64,000 bases of DNA from Bacteroidota bacterium (GTDB lineage Bacteria; Bacteroidota; Bacteroidia; AKYH767-A; 2013-40CM-41-45). The notes beneath the pieces are model-generated. The model worked only from the letters and a program-made list of their open reading frames with translations. It had not been told where the DNA came from and searched no databases. The translations under genes were made by a program, and so were the position numbers. Below, one piece after another: positions 9,264 to 17,914 of the stretch. The stretch lies in contig JANOVV010000046.1 in assembly GCA_031417555.1 (NCBI GenBank), positions 6,725-70,724 on the forward strand, given 5' to 3'. Numbering within the stretch: the first letter of the stretch is position 1; each line of letters begins with the position of its first letter.

Positions 9264-9755
9264 TCAATTCTTAAATCCAATCTTTTTTCTTGGCGGATTA
9301 GAGGGTTTCATAAGTTTCCGGATTGCTTGAAACAACACTTGTATTTCCTTGTCATGTTTGTCAAATTTATTTTCGAGTAATTCAAACTTTGCAGCAAGTT
9401 CCTTATGCGTTGAAATTATTTCACGGAGTTTTACAAACGCTCTTACAACCTGAATGCTTGCCTGAACAGCCACAGAACTATTAAGCATGCTGGCTAACAT
9501 TACTGCTCCGTGTTCGGTAAAAACGTATGGTAGATATTTTGCACCCCTGTGTTTTCTGGAACTCATCACAATTTGTGATGAGTTAATATCGGTATTTGTT
9601 GAATTCCTCACAAATTGTGATCTTAAAGTTTCAAACTCTCTTTCATTAAGTTGAAACATGAAATCCTCCGGAAACCTTTCAATGTTTCTCTTAACCGCCT
9701 GATTTAATACCCGGGTTTCTACCCTGTATATTTCTGCAAGGTCAGAATCAGTCAT
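9264..9755 (-). CDS. ORF6N (KilA-N-like DNA-binding) domain protein. The N-terminus is disrupted by an 8-bp tandem duplication, so it is a possible pseudogene.
   Basis: DLAEIYRVETRVLNQAVKRNIERFPEDFMFQL is the ORF6N signature. The conserved IENKIYFIRGHKV segment lies upstream of the first ATG, in frame but behind a stop codon. Confidence 0.7.
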   Translation of the reverse strand: MTDSDLAEIYRVETRVLNQAVKRNIERFPEDFMFQLNEREFETLRSQFVRNSTNTDINSSQIVMSSRKHRGAKYLPYVFTEHGAVMLASMLNSSVAVQASIQVVRAFVKLREIISTHKELAAKFELLENKFDKHDKEIQVLFQAIRKLMKPSNPPRKKIGFKN

Positions 9756-10236
9756 AACTTTATGTCCTCTGATGAAATAAATTTTATTTTCAATTTTTCA
9801 ATCTCAGTTAATTTCATTATTATTTTTGTTTTTAAGATGATAATCGTTTATGACTAAATCCTGATTTCATTTGGTTTACAGGTATTCTATCTAAAATATT
9901 ATACTCTAATAATATTTATTATTGGAAAGGATTCACAGATCAACATGTCTCTTCGGAATATTTATATTCTCGTTTCAATACACACAAAAATCGAATAGGG
10001 AAACGAAAATGAAAACCAATAAAATGAGGTTTTTATTAAAGTCTCCGTAAAATAGTTAAATCCGTAAATCAGCTAAATCAAAGTCCAAACTTCACTTTCG
10101 GCAACCCCTCAACAATCTCCACAGTCTAGTTGATTTATAGAGAATTATACAGGGTAATTAACCAAAAATGAATCGGTCACTTCTTGCTAGCGAGGAATAT
10201 TAATTATTTTAATAATTAAATAATTTTTTATTTTCC

Positions 10237-10599
10237 CTAAAGCATTTGCATAAATAGCAAAAAGAAAAACAAACCATCTCCAATTAAAATAGATGGGATT
10301 AGTCTGGCCGAATTTATTCTGAATACAATACTGGTGAATGCCAATTCGGCTAATACAGCAAAACTGAACATTATAAAAGGCAAATAATAAAAACCGGTAG
10401 AAGAGAAAACAATGCCCGACAAGCAGGCAATGGTATAAAAAGTTGCTGAACCGGAAATCCAAAGAAGGAAAATTTTTAAAACTGAATTCGTAACAGTATA
10501 ACGGATAAGCAGGATTTTCACCAATAGTGCAAAGATCGTCAGATACCAAAAATCAAAAGTCAGCTTTATCAATAAGCTGGTAATTAAACCTTGTGGCAT
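10237..10599 (-). CDS. small hypothetical membrane protein (about 4 TM helices)
   Basis: 120 aa with a regular hydrophobic helix pattern. It was preferred over the overlapping alternative frame 10187-10549, which is Cys/Phe-rich and low in complexity. Confidence 0.4.
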   Translation of the reverse strand: MPQGLITSLLIKLTFDFWYLTIFALLVKILLIRYTVTNSVLKIFLLWISGSATFYTIACLSGIVFSSTGFYYLPFIMFSFAVLAELAFTSIVFRINSARLIPSILIGDGLFFFLLFMQML

Positions 10600-10679
10600 C
10601 TGTCAGAAATTATCTTGTTTAGAGATTATCATGATGAAATAAAAAATTGAGTTGACCGGTTTTTATAAACATACAATAA

Positions 10680-11570
10680 TTAAAGAGACGATAAAAGTAC
10701 GAGAATAGCTTCATCAACATTATCATTTTCTAAAAGACTTTTAGCCAACAGGTGTAATTTTTCCTGTAAAAGATTTTTATCATGACCGAAACGTTTAAAT
10801 AATTCTTTCATAAAATCTTTTCTACTAAAATCAATGATAGCATTTTCATTGGGAAGTACACTAATATTTCCCAATTGTCCAAGATTATTTCCGGAAAGTA
10901 TATGACTTTGTCTGATTGATTCGGGTAAATTGTCAATACCGATGCCCGGAATACTCAGCGGCTTTGAAACTTCAAATAATGCAGAGTCGGAAGCACGGCA
11001 ATATAAATCGGAACCCATTCGGGCAACCAAATCAATTTTATTCGGATCGATTTTAGAATCAGGAGTCAATACCGCTTCATCAATATGCATGAGAAGAATT
11101 TCACAAATGATGAGATTGGCAGCGCCGCCCATTTTTCCGGTTTCTTTTACTTCAAGTACTTTACATTCCATTTGAACCGGTGATTCTTTTACACGGAAAG
11201 GTTTTACAATGTGAGAAGGAACAGGAGTGAAGCCCGCTTTAATGAATTCATTTACACCTTTGGGATATTCGGAACTGGCAAGTGAAGCTTGCCTTACCAT
11301 GGCGTAGTTTACAACGTTTATTACGACTTCTTTTGTTTCATAAATATTCTCCAACGTGTGTTTTATTGTATTGTCTCTTACACGTCTTGCCGGTGAAAAT
11401 ACAACTACGGGAGGATTGCTGCCAAATGCATTAAAAAAACTGAATGGAGCAAGATTGGGATGTCCATCTTTGTCTACCGTACTAGCAAAAGCAATAGGCC
11501 GCGGTGCAATAGCCGATAACATATAACTATGAAAAACATTTGTTTTTATTTCTTTGGGATCTATGAGCAT
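10680..11570 (-). CDS. flavin reductase-like (FMN-binding split barrel) protein with a C-terminal extension
   Basis: The N-terminal SAIAPRPIAFASTVDKDGHPNLAPFSFFNAFGSNPPVVVFSP is typical of the flavin reductase domain family. Confidence 0.75.
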   Translation of the reverse strand: MLIDPKEIKTNVFHSYMLSAIAPRPIAFASTVDKDGHPNLAPFSFFNAFGSNPPVVVFSPARRVRDNTIKHTLENIYETKEVVINVVNYAMVRQASLASSEYPKGVNEFIKAGFTPVPSHIVKPFRVKESPVQMECKVLEVKETGKMGGAANLIICEILLMHIDEAVLTPDSKIDPNKIDLVARMGSDLYCRASDSALFEVSKPLSIPGIGIDNLPESIRQSHILSGNNLGQLGNISVLPNENAIIDFSRKDFMKELFKRFGHDKNLLQEKLHLLAKSLLENDNVDEAILVLLSSL

Positions 11571-11661
11571 GGATGGTGTTTAAATGTTAATCGTTAATGC
11601 GGAATTTATTATACCCTTTCAGGGTTGGCGTAAGATCGTTCACTTATTTTATAATACTATC

Positions 11662-11814
11662 ATCCCTTTGGGCAATGTCATTAAGTTAAGGTTCATTTGC
11701 CACAAAAACACGAAGACACAAAATTACTGGTATTTTTATTAGTAGTGTTTTTGTGTTTTTGTGGCAAAAAAAACATGACCAATTTCTTAACTTAATGACA
11801 TTGCCCTTCGGGAT
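11662..11814. repeat. 153-bp palindromic element (long composite hairpin) in a non-coding spacer
   Basis: gggcaatgtcattaagttaag (11670-11690) is the perfect complement of 11786-11806. An inner pair is 11696-11711 / 11753-11768 (16 bp). Outer atccc/gggat clamps close the structure. Confidence 0.7.
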
Positions 11815-12024
11815 TTTACATTATCAACTCCGAAGGAGTGGCATTTTTGTAAAATGAAATCCGTCGGTAAGCCTTTCAATCCCGAAGGGATTACATAAAA
11901 TTTCCTCTCTTAGCCTGACGCATATGTGATGGCTATCGGGATTGATACATGATACTAATTTGGTTGAACAAGGTACAAATGTTAGTGAATTACTTTTTAA
12001 AAATAAATTTTAGCTGGCATTAAG

Positions 12025-12366
12025 TTATCTTTTTACAATTATAAAGTAAAAAGCCAGAAAGAGGATAAGTCCGATGATAAAAAACCCCAGCAAAAGAGAA
12101 AAAATATAAAATTTCGAAAAGATAGGTTGCTTTGATTTCAGCCTTTTCTTCATTCTTCTTTTTAACTCATGTGTAATTGAATAAATATGTTTTGCATTGT
12201 CCATTTCAGTGAGGCCTTTTAAAGCATCAGAGCAAAGTTCGCAATGCAAAATGTGATTTTCGATAATTGTATATTCATTTCCAGAAAACTGCCGACGATG
12301 ATATTTTAATAAATCATCGCTGCTTAAGTGATTGTCTGGAAAATTTTCCGTTTTATATGTTGTCAT
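12025..12366 (-). CDS. anti-sigma factor (zf-HC2-like, single-pass membrane protein)
   Basis: It overlaps the stop of the upstream ECF sigma gene by 14 nt. It has an HILHCELCSDAL putative zinc-finger motif and a C-terminal TM helix. Confidence 0.55.
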   Translation of the reverse strand: MTTYKTENFPDNHLSSDDLLKYHRRQFSGNEYTIIENHILHCELCSDALKGLTEMDNAKHIYSITHELKRRMKKRLKSKQPIFSKFYIFSLLLGFFIIGLILFLAFYFIIVKR

Positions 12367-12919
12367 TTGATTTTTTCAAGAGGATAATTTTCAGATTTCT
12401 TTTACCATTCTGAATATAACTTTTTACTTCATTCATACTAAATTTTGTCTTTTCACTAATTTCCTGATAACTCATTTTTTTAATATAAAATAAATCGATA
12501 CATAGTTTTTGTTCTTTATTCAACATATTTATAGCATCGTCAAGAAAAGGAAGATAAAACTCTTCGAAACTATTCTCTTCTTCATCAATGTTGTCGGGAA
12601 TATTTTCCGTAATGAGAGGGAAATTCTTTTTTTTCGACAGAAATCGAAAGCAATAGTTTTTTGTAACTGTATGTAGCCAGGAGGAAAAGTTGTGAATGCT
12701 GTACACAGTCAGGTCGCGCGGTATTTTTTCAAATATCTGTATTACGGCATCTTTGCTGTCTTCTTCGTTTTTCAGAAATTTCATACAAACAGCGAAAACA
12801 AGATGGCTGTAGCGGTTAAAAAGTATTCCTATAATAAGAGTATCCGGATTTGTCCGATAGGAGAATATTAATTCTTCATCGCTTTTATTTGACCCTTTTC
12901 CGGATTTTATGAATTGCAT
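12353..12919 (-). CDS. RNA polymerase ECF-type sigma-70 family factor
   Basis: 188 aa with region 2 (FNRYSHLVFAVCMKFLKNEEDSKDAVIQIF) and a region 4 HTH (MSYQEISEKTKFSMNEVKSYIQNGKRNL). Confidence 0.8.
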   Translation of the reverse strand: MQFIKSGKGSNKSDEELIFSYRTNPDTLIIGILFNRYSHLVFAVCMKFLKNEEDSKDAVIQIFEKIPRDLTVYSIHNFSSWLHTVTKNYCFRFLSKKKNFPLITENIPDNIDEEENSFEEFYLPFLDDAINMLNKEQKLCIDLFYIKKMSYQEISEKTKFSMNEVKSYIQNGKRNLKIILLKKSNDNI

Positions 12920-13034
12920 AAGAATGATTACTAATCAGAGATAGAAAAATAGGGTTTTTCCATAATTACAAATGAAAGGAAAGAAAAAAAATGTATCTTC
13001 GCGTCCTTTCTAAATTAAAATCATCACAATTTAC

Positions 13035-13116
13035 GCGGGCGTGGCGTAATTGGCAGCCGCACCAGACTTAGGATCTGGCGGAGCAATCCGTGGGGGTTCG
13101 AGTCCCTTCGCCCGCA
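13035..13116 (+). tRNA. tRNA-Leu (anticodon TAG)
   Basis: Hand-folded cloverleaf. Acceptor stem gcgggcg/cgcccgc; anticodon stem ccaga/tctgg with loop cTTAGga; long variable arm cggagcaatccgtg; T-loop ttcgagt; discriminator A. Confidence 0.9.
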
Positions 13117-13127
13117 CATAAAAAATT

Positions 13128-13181
13128 GTATCAAGTATCAGGTATCAAGTATCATGATACTTGATACCTGATACTTGATAC
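13128..13181. repeat. 54-nt perfect palindrome built from GTATCAA/GTATCAG heptads
   Basis: gtatcaagtatcaggtatcaagtatc-at-gatacttgatacctgatacttgatac. It lies 12 nt after tRNA-Leu and 7 nt before the tig ATG. Confidence 0.95.
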
Positions 13182-13188
13182 GAATAGT

Positions 13189-14562
13189 ATGAATATTTCA
13201 AAACGTCAAAATGGTGAATTAAACGCCATTATTACAATCGAAGTAAAGCCTGAGGATTATCAGCCAAGAGTTGATGAAACCATTAAAAATTACAGGAAGA
13301 GTGCCAATATTCCCGGTTTCAGACCCGGACATGTACCAGCCGGCATCATTAAAAAGAAATACGGTAAAGAAGTTCTTGTTGAAGAATTGAATCGATTATT
13401 GGGAGAAGAGCTTGTAAATTATCTGCGCGACAATAATATTGATGTTTTGGGTTCGCCGCTTCCCGTTCAGAAACTTGAACAATTGACTTTTGCAGAAGGC
13501 GAAAATTTCAGTTTTGATTATGAAATTGGAATTGCTCCGGCAGTGAATGTCAGCATGCCCGATTCTAAAATTCCATTTTATCTTATAAAAGTTGACGACA
13601 AAATGGTTGATGATGATATCAATGAAATGCGTCGTCGTTATGGTAAATTTTCGAATCCGGAATCTGCTGAAATTACCTCTGTTCTTTATGGTGAATTTTC
13701 CGAATTAAATGAAAATGGTGAATTAAAAGAGGGAGGAAATACGACAACGACAACCCTTTCCATTGAGATGATCAAAGATGCTGATGAGCAAAAAAAATTC
13801 ATTGGTATTAAGAAGGATGAAGTAGTGCGTTTTAATCCTATAAAAACATTAAAGAATGAAACGGAAGTTTCAGCCATGTTGAAGATAGAAAAAAGCTCGG
13901 CTTCATTAAACGCTGATTATAATTTTACTGTTAAGACAGTTAATAAAATTGAGAAAGCAGATTTAAATCAGGAGTTTTTTGATAAAGCTTTTGGTGAAGA
14001 CGTCGTTCATAATGAAGAAGAATTCAAAGCTAAAATCCGTGAAGGAATCGCTTCTTATTTTGAAAAAGAAAGCGATAAAAAATTCCAGAAAGATATTCGA
14101 ACCACATTCCTGGAAGAAAATAAACTTCCATTGCCGGATGATTTTTTAAAGAGAATGCTTAAGACCAGACAAGAGAAAGCTATTGATGATCATGAATTCG
14201 AACATCAGTATTTTCATTTGGCTGAAGATCTTAAATGGGATCTTATTCAAAATAAAATTGCAACAGATCAGACAATTGTTGTGGGTCATGAAGATATTCT
14301 TCAAACAGGCAGGGTATTAATTTCCCAGCAATTCGCTCAGTACGGAATTGCTCCTCCCGATAATGAAAAACTCGATGAATTGGTTTTAACTTATCTTCAA
14401 AAAGATGATAATAATGAAAGATTAGGACGCACTCTTTTGAGTCATAAGGTTTTCGATTATCTGAAGAAAAATTTGAAGTTGAATATGATAGAGCTTCCTT
14501 ACGAAGATTTTATTGCAAAACTTAAAGAAAAGACAGAACACGAAACAGAGCATCACCATTAG
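13189..14562 (+). CDS. tig: trigger factor
   Basis: 457 aa. The N-terminal ribosome-binding motif GFRPGHVP is present, and the gene sits in the conserved tig-clpP-clpX context. Confidence 0.9.
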   Translation: MNISKRQNGELNAIITIEVKPEDYQPRVDETIKNYRKSANIPGFRPGHVPAGIIKKKYGKEVLVEELNRLLGEELVNYLRDNNIDVLGSPLPVQKLEQLTFAEGENFSFDYEIGIAPAVNVSMPDSKIPFYLIKVDDKMVDDDINEMRRRYGKFSNPESAEITSVLYGEFSELNENGELKEGGNTTTTTLSIEMIKDADEQKKFIGIKKDEVVRFNPIKTLKNETEVSAMLKIEKSSASLNADYNFTVKTVNKIEKADLNQEFFDKAFGEDVVHNEEEFKAKIREGIASYFEKESDKKFQKDIRTTFLEENKLPLPDDFLKRMLKTRQEKAIDDHEFEHQYFHLAEDLKWDLIQNKIATDQTIVVGHEDILQTGRVLISQQFAQYGIAPPDNEKLDELVLTYLQKDDNNERLGRTLLSHKVFDYLKKNLKLNMIELPYEDFIAKLKEKTEHETEHHH

Positions 14563-14871
14563 AATTTGGTGTACTTTAATTCGTATATTAATTGATTGTG
14601 ATGATTTTTCTTTCCTTTACAAAACAAGGAAGAAAACAGTTGTTGAAAAATTCACAATTCTACTTTCAAATTGTGCAGCGTAGAGTTAAATGGAATGATT
14701 TGGTTGAAAAGACATAATAACAAATAAGGACGTAAAGTCAATATTTATTATTTTTTTGCTTAAAAATGCATGTTTTTTAAGGTTCTTTTTTTTACTATCT
14801 TTAATGAGAATAAAATAAATATAACAAATATTAATTTTGTTCGTTTAATTTGAATCTATATTTGAAACATT

Positions 14872-15255
14872 ATGGCTAAAGAAAAATTCCGTTCCAGCAT
14901 CGAAATTGGAGGCAAAGAGAGGATCGATGTCGGCCTTTCAATTCTTATTTGGAAGGACGAAAATGATATTCACTACTATTATTCACCAGCTTTAGACATT
15001 ACAGGCTATGGTAAATCCGAAACCGATGCTCGTAAATCTTTTGAATTTACTTTAAATGATTTTGTTACATATACACACAACAAGAAAACAATTTTCGAAG
15101 AGCTCGAGAAATTAGGATGGACAATTAATAAAAAGAAAAAAAGAGCTATACCTCCAACCGAAGAAGAGTTATTAAAAGATAACGAAAACTATAAAAATCT
15201 TTATAAAACTGAGGGTGTAAGACAAGAGCAACAACAAATAGAACTCGCGCTTTAA
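14872..15255 (+). CDS. HicB-like antitoxin-fold protein (tentative)
   Basis: LSILIWKDENDIHYYYSPALDITGYGKSETDARKSFEFTLNDFV resembles the HicB N-terminal fold pattern. It lies immediately upstream of a HicA-like ORF. Confidence 0.4.
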   Translation: MAKEKFRSSIEIGGKERIDVGLSILIWKDENDIHYYYSPALDITGYGKSETDARKSFEFTLNDFVTYTHNKKTIFEELEKLGWTINKKKKRAIPPTEEELLKDNENYKNLYKTEGVRQEQQQIELAL

Positions 15256-15335
15256 TTATTCAAATTATCTCTTCTCATCATCTGCGCAATATATCAGTTT
15301 CACAATTTGAATCTTTTTTAGAATTAGTACATTGT

Positions 15336-15560
15336 ATGGATATAACACACAAAGGCGGACATCATCAAAAGTGGACAAGATCAGATTTAACAAGACCAAT
15401 TATATTTCAGAAAAAAATAGACCCTATTCCTGAATTTATTGTAAAAAATAACTTAAGAGTATTGGGTTATAGTAAGGAGAATTTTTTTGAGGTATTAGAA
15501 TCCATAAAAGAAGTTGTTAAAAACAAATCTGAGTATATTTTAATAGACTGCAAGAAGTAG
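15336..15560 (+). CDS. HicA/YcfA-like mRNA interferase-fold protein (tentative). The true start is probably upstream of the first ATG.
   Basis: The KGGHHQKW ... IIFQKK..IPEFIVKNNLRVLGYSKENFFEVL pattern resembles HicA (GSHH motif). The in-frame upstream sequence (open from 15213) encodes LRNISVSQFESFLELVHC, which resembles the HicA N-terminal helix but has no ATG/GTG/TTG. CTG 15282 is a possible start. Confidence 0.45.
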   Translation: MDITHKGGHHQKWTRSDLTRPIIFQKKIDPIPEFIVKNNLRVLGYSKENFFEVLESIKEVVKNKSEYILIDCKK

Positions 15561-15784
15561 TTTTTAATCAATTAAATGGCATTATATGCAATCACATTTC
15601 CCATTTTTCCCTACTCTTTTAGTCATTGCTTTAGCTATCTCGTAAAAGTTTCCCCTTTTGTTGAAAACTATTTACAGGAAACATTCGTTAAGCAGTTCAG
15701 CCATATAATTTTGGAACGTTGAAATAATTTTTGATTTTAACCGTCAATACTTTTAGCATTAACTTAAAAAAAAATAAAAAATTT

Positions 15785-16468
15785 ATGAATTACGCAGATG
15801 AGTTCCGTAAGTATGCCGTTAAGCATCGCGGCATCAGCAGTTTAACCGTTGACAGTTTTGTTTCTGCAGTTCGGTCCGATTACATTTCTCCGACGATTAT
15901 AGAAGAGCGTCAGCTTAATATTGCAACGATGGATGTGTTTTCCCGTCTTATGATGGATAGAATCATTTTCCTTGGTGTAGGTATTAATGATTACGTTTCA
16001 AATATTATCCAGGCACAACTTCTTTTTCTGGAATCAGTTGATTCTAAAAAAGACATTCAAATTTATATGAATAGTCCGGGAGGTTCTGTTTATGCAGGAT
16101 TAGGTATTTACGATACCATGCAATTTATTCAACCACAGATTGCAACAATTTGCACAGGCATGGCAGCATCGATGGGTGCAGTATTAATGTGTGCCGGCGC
16201 CAAAGGAAAACGTGCAGCCTTAAAACATGCAAGAGTAATGATTCACCAGCCAATGGGTGGAGCCGAAGGCCAGGCATCGGATATTGAAATCACAGCAAGA
16301 GAAATACAGAAACTCAAAAAGGAATTGTACGACATCATTGCTTTACACAGCGGACAGGAATATGAAAAAGTATATAAAGATTCTGATCGTGATTACTGGA
16401 TGACAGCTGAAGAGGCGAAAGCGTATGGTATGATTGATGAAGTTTTGACCAGAAAGAAAACAGCTTAA
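15785..16468 (+). CDS. clpP: ATP-dependent Clp protease proteolytic subunit
   Basis: MNSPGGSVYAGLGIYDTMQ, the GMAASMGA catalytic Ser motif and MIHQPMGG are present. ATG 15785 was preferred over the TTG-extended ORF from 15731. Confidence 0.92.
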   Translation: MNYADEFRKYAVKHRGISSLTVDSFVSAVRSDYISPTIIEERQLNIATMDVFSRLMMDRIIFLGVGINDYVSNIIQAQLLFLESVDSKKDIQIYMNSPGGSVYAGLGIYDTMQFIQPQIATICTGMAASMGAVLMCAGAKGKRAALKHARVMIHQPMGGAEGQASDIEITAREIQKLKKELYDIIALHSGQEYEKVYKDSDRDYWMTAEEAKAYGMIDEVLTRKKTA

Positions 16469-16476
16469 TATTTATC

Positions 16477-16539
16477 GAAGATTGAAGATTGAAAATTGAA
16501 TTGTAAAACCACTTTTCACTTTTCAATCTTCATTTTTTT
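16477..16539 (+). terminator. heptad-repeat hairpin plus T-run, the likely clpP terminator or attenuator
   Basis: Heptads gaagatt gaagatt gaaaatt ... cttttca cttttca atcttca. gaagattgaaaa (16484-16495) pairs with ttttcaatcttc (16520-16531), followed by T7. Confidence 0.6.
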
Positions 16540-16616
16540 CGCATTTTAAGGGTTGATTTTTAGAACAATTAAGATTAGCTTGCGTTTAATTTTTTAATCG
16601 TAATGCATTTTTTTAT

Positions 16617-17858
16617 ATGAAAAATCAGAAGGAAATTAAATGTTCGTTTTGTGGACGTGATAAAAGTGAAACTTATGTCCTTATTGCCGGAATAACCGGC
16701 CATATTTGTGACCAATGCATTCAGCAGGCTCAGAACATTCTTAATGATGAGATGAACAGCAAGCTTAAGAATACGATAAGCTCTCATCTCACACTCTTAA
16801 AGCCCGTTGAAATCAAAAAATTTCTTGATCAATATGTTATCGGCCAGGACGATGCAAAAAAAGTTTTAGCTGTTTCCGTTTACAATCATTATAAGCGTAT
16901 CTCCAGTAAAATAAAAAAGCAAGATGAAATTGAGATTGAAAAATCGAATATTATTCTTGTAGGAGAAACAGGTACAGGAAAAACCTTGTTAGCGAGAACT
17001 ATTGCTAAAATGTTAAACGTTCCATTTTGTATTGCCGATGCCACCGTTTTAACAGAAGCGGGTTATGTTGGAGAAGATGTAGAAAGTATATTGTCACGAT
17101 TATTACAATCATCCGATTACGATGTAGCCGCGGCTGAAAGAGGCATCGTTTATATTGATGAAATAGATAAGATTGCCCGTAAGAGTGATAATCCATCCAT
17201 TACACGGGATGTGAGCGGTGAAGGTGTTCAGCAGGCATTGTTAAAATTACTGGAAGGCTCAATAGTAAATGTTCCGCCTCAAGGAGGACGTAAGCATCCG
17301 GAGCAAAAGATGATTGCTATGGATACGCAAAACATTCTTTTCATTTGTGGAGGTGCTTTTGATGGCATAGAAAAGAAAATTGCGAAAAGACTTCAATCAC
17401 ATGCCATCGGTTACAAAGCCGGCCGTGATTCTGATCAGATAGATAAAACAAATTTTTTACAGTATATAAATCCGGTGGATTTAAAAGCATTTGGTTTAAT
17501 ACCAGAGCTAATCGGACGATTGCCAATCATCACTCATTTAGAACCACTTGATAAAGCAGCCTTGCGTGCTATATTAACAGAGCCGAAGAATGCTATAATA
17601 AAGCAATATGAAAAACTTTTCCAGCTTGAGACGTTGAATCTTGTCATTGAAAAAAACGTACTCGATTTTATTGTTGATAAAGCATATGAATTTAAACTGG
17701 GCGCCCGTGGACTTCGTTCTATTTGCGAAGCGATTTTATTGGATGCCATGTTTGAAGTTCCATCAGCCAAACACAGTTCAAAAGATTTTACGATTACATT
17801 GGCTTATGCAAAAGAGAAATTTGCTAAAACGAATGTGAATAAGTTGAAGGTGGCTTAG
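16617..17858 (+). CDS. clpX: ATP-dependent Clp protease ATP-binding subunit ClpX
   Basis: It has the N-terminal zinc ribbon CSFCGR...CDQC, the Walker A motif GETGTGKT, and [10 protein letters not shown]. Confidence 0.95.
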   Translation: MKNQKEIKCSFCGRDKSETYVLIAGITGHICDQCIQQAQNILNDEMNSKLKNTISSHLTLLKPVEIKKFLDQYVIGQDDAKKVLAVSVYNHYKRISSKIKKQDEIEIEKSNIILVGETGTGKTLLARTIAKMLNVPFCIADATVLTEAGYVGEDVESILSRLLQSSDYDVAAAERGIVYIDEIDKIARKSDNPSITRDVSGEGVQQALLKLLEGSIVNVPPQGGRKHPEQKMIAMDTQNILFICGGAFDGIEKKIAKRLQSHAIGYKAGRDSDQIDKTNFLQYINPVDLKAFGLIPELIGRLPIITHLEPLDKAALRAILTEPKNAIIKQYEKLFQLETLNLVIEKNVLDFIVDKAYEFKLGARGLRSICEAILLDAMFEVPSAKHSSKDFTITLAYAKEKFAKTNVNKLKVA

Positions 17859-17914
17859 TTTTTACAATCCTTTTTATTAATAAGATTATAAAGTTTAAGT
17901 CTAAATAGTTTTAG

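Noticed and set aside
10187-10549. 120-aa minus-strand ORF overlapping 10237-10599 in another frame
   Set aside because: The two ORFs cannot both be real. This frame is Cys/Phe-rich and low in complexity, with no helix periodicity. The 10237-10599 frame looks like a genuine 4-TM protein.
14588-15575. 10-bp inverted repeat ttaattgatt (14588-14597) / aatcaattaa (15566-15575) flanking the HicB/HicA-like pair, considered as possible insertion boundaries
   Set aside because: A 10-mer made purely of A/T (plus one G/C) in about 500 nt of very AT-rich DNA is expected by chance. There is no direct-repeat target duplication.
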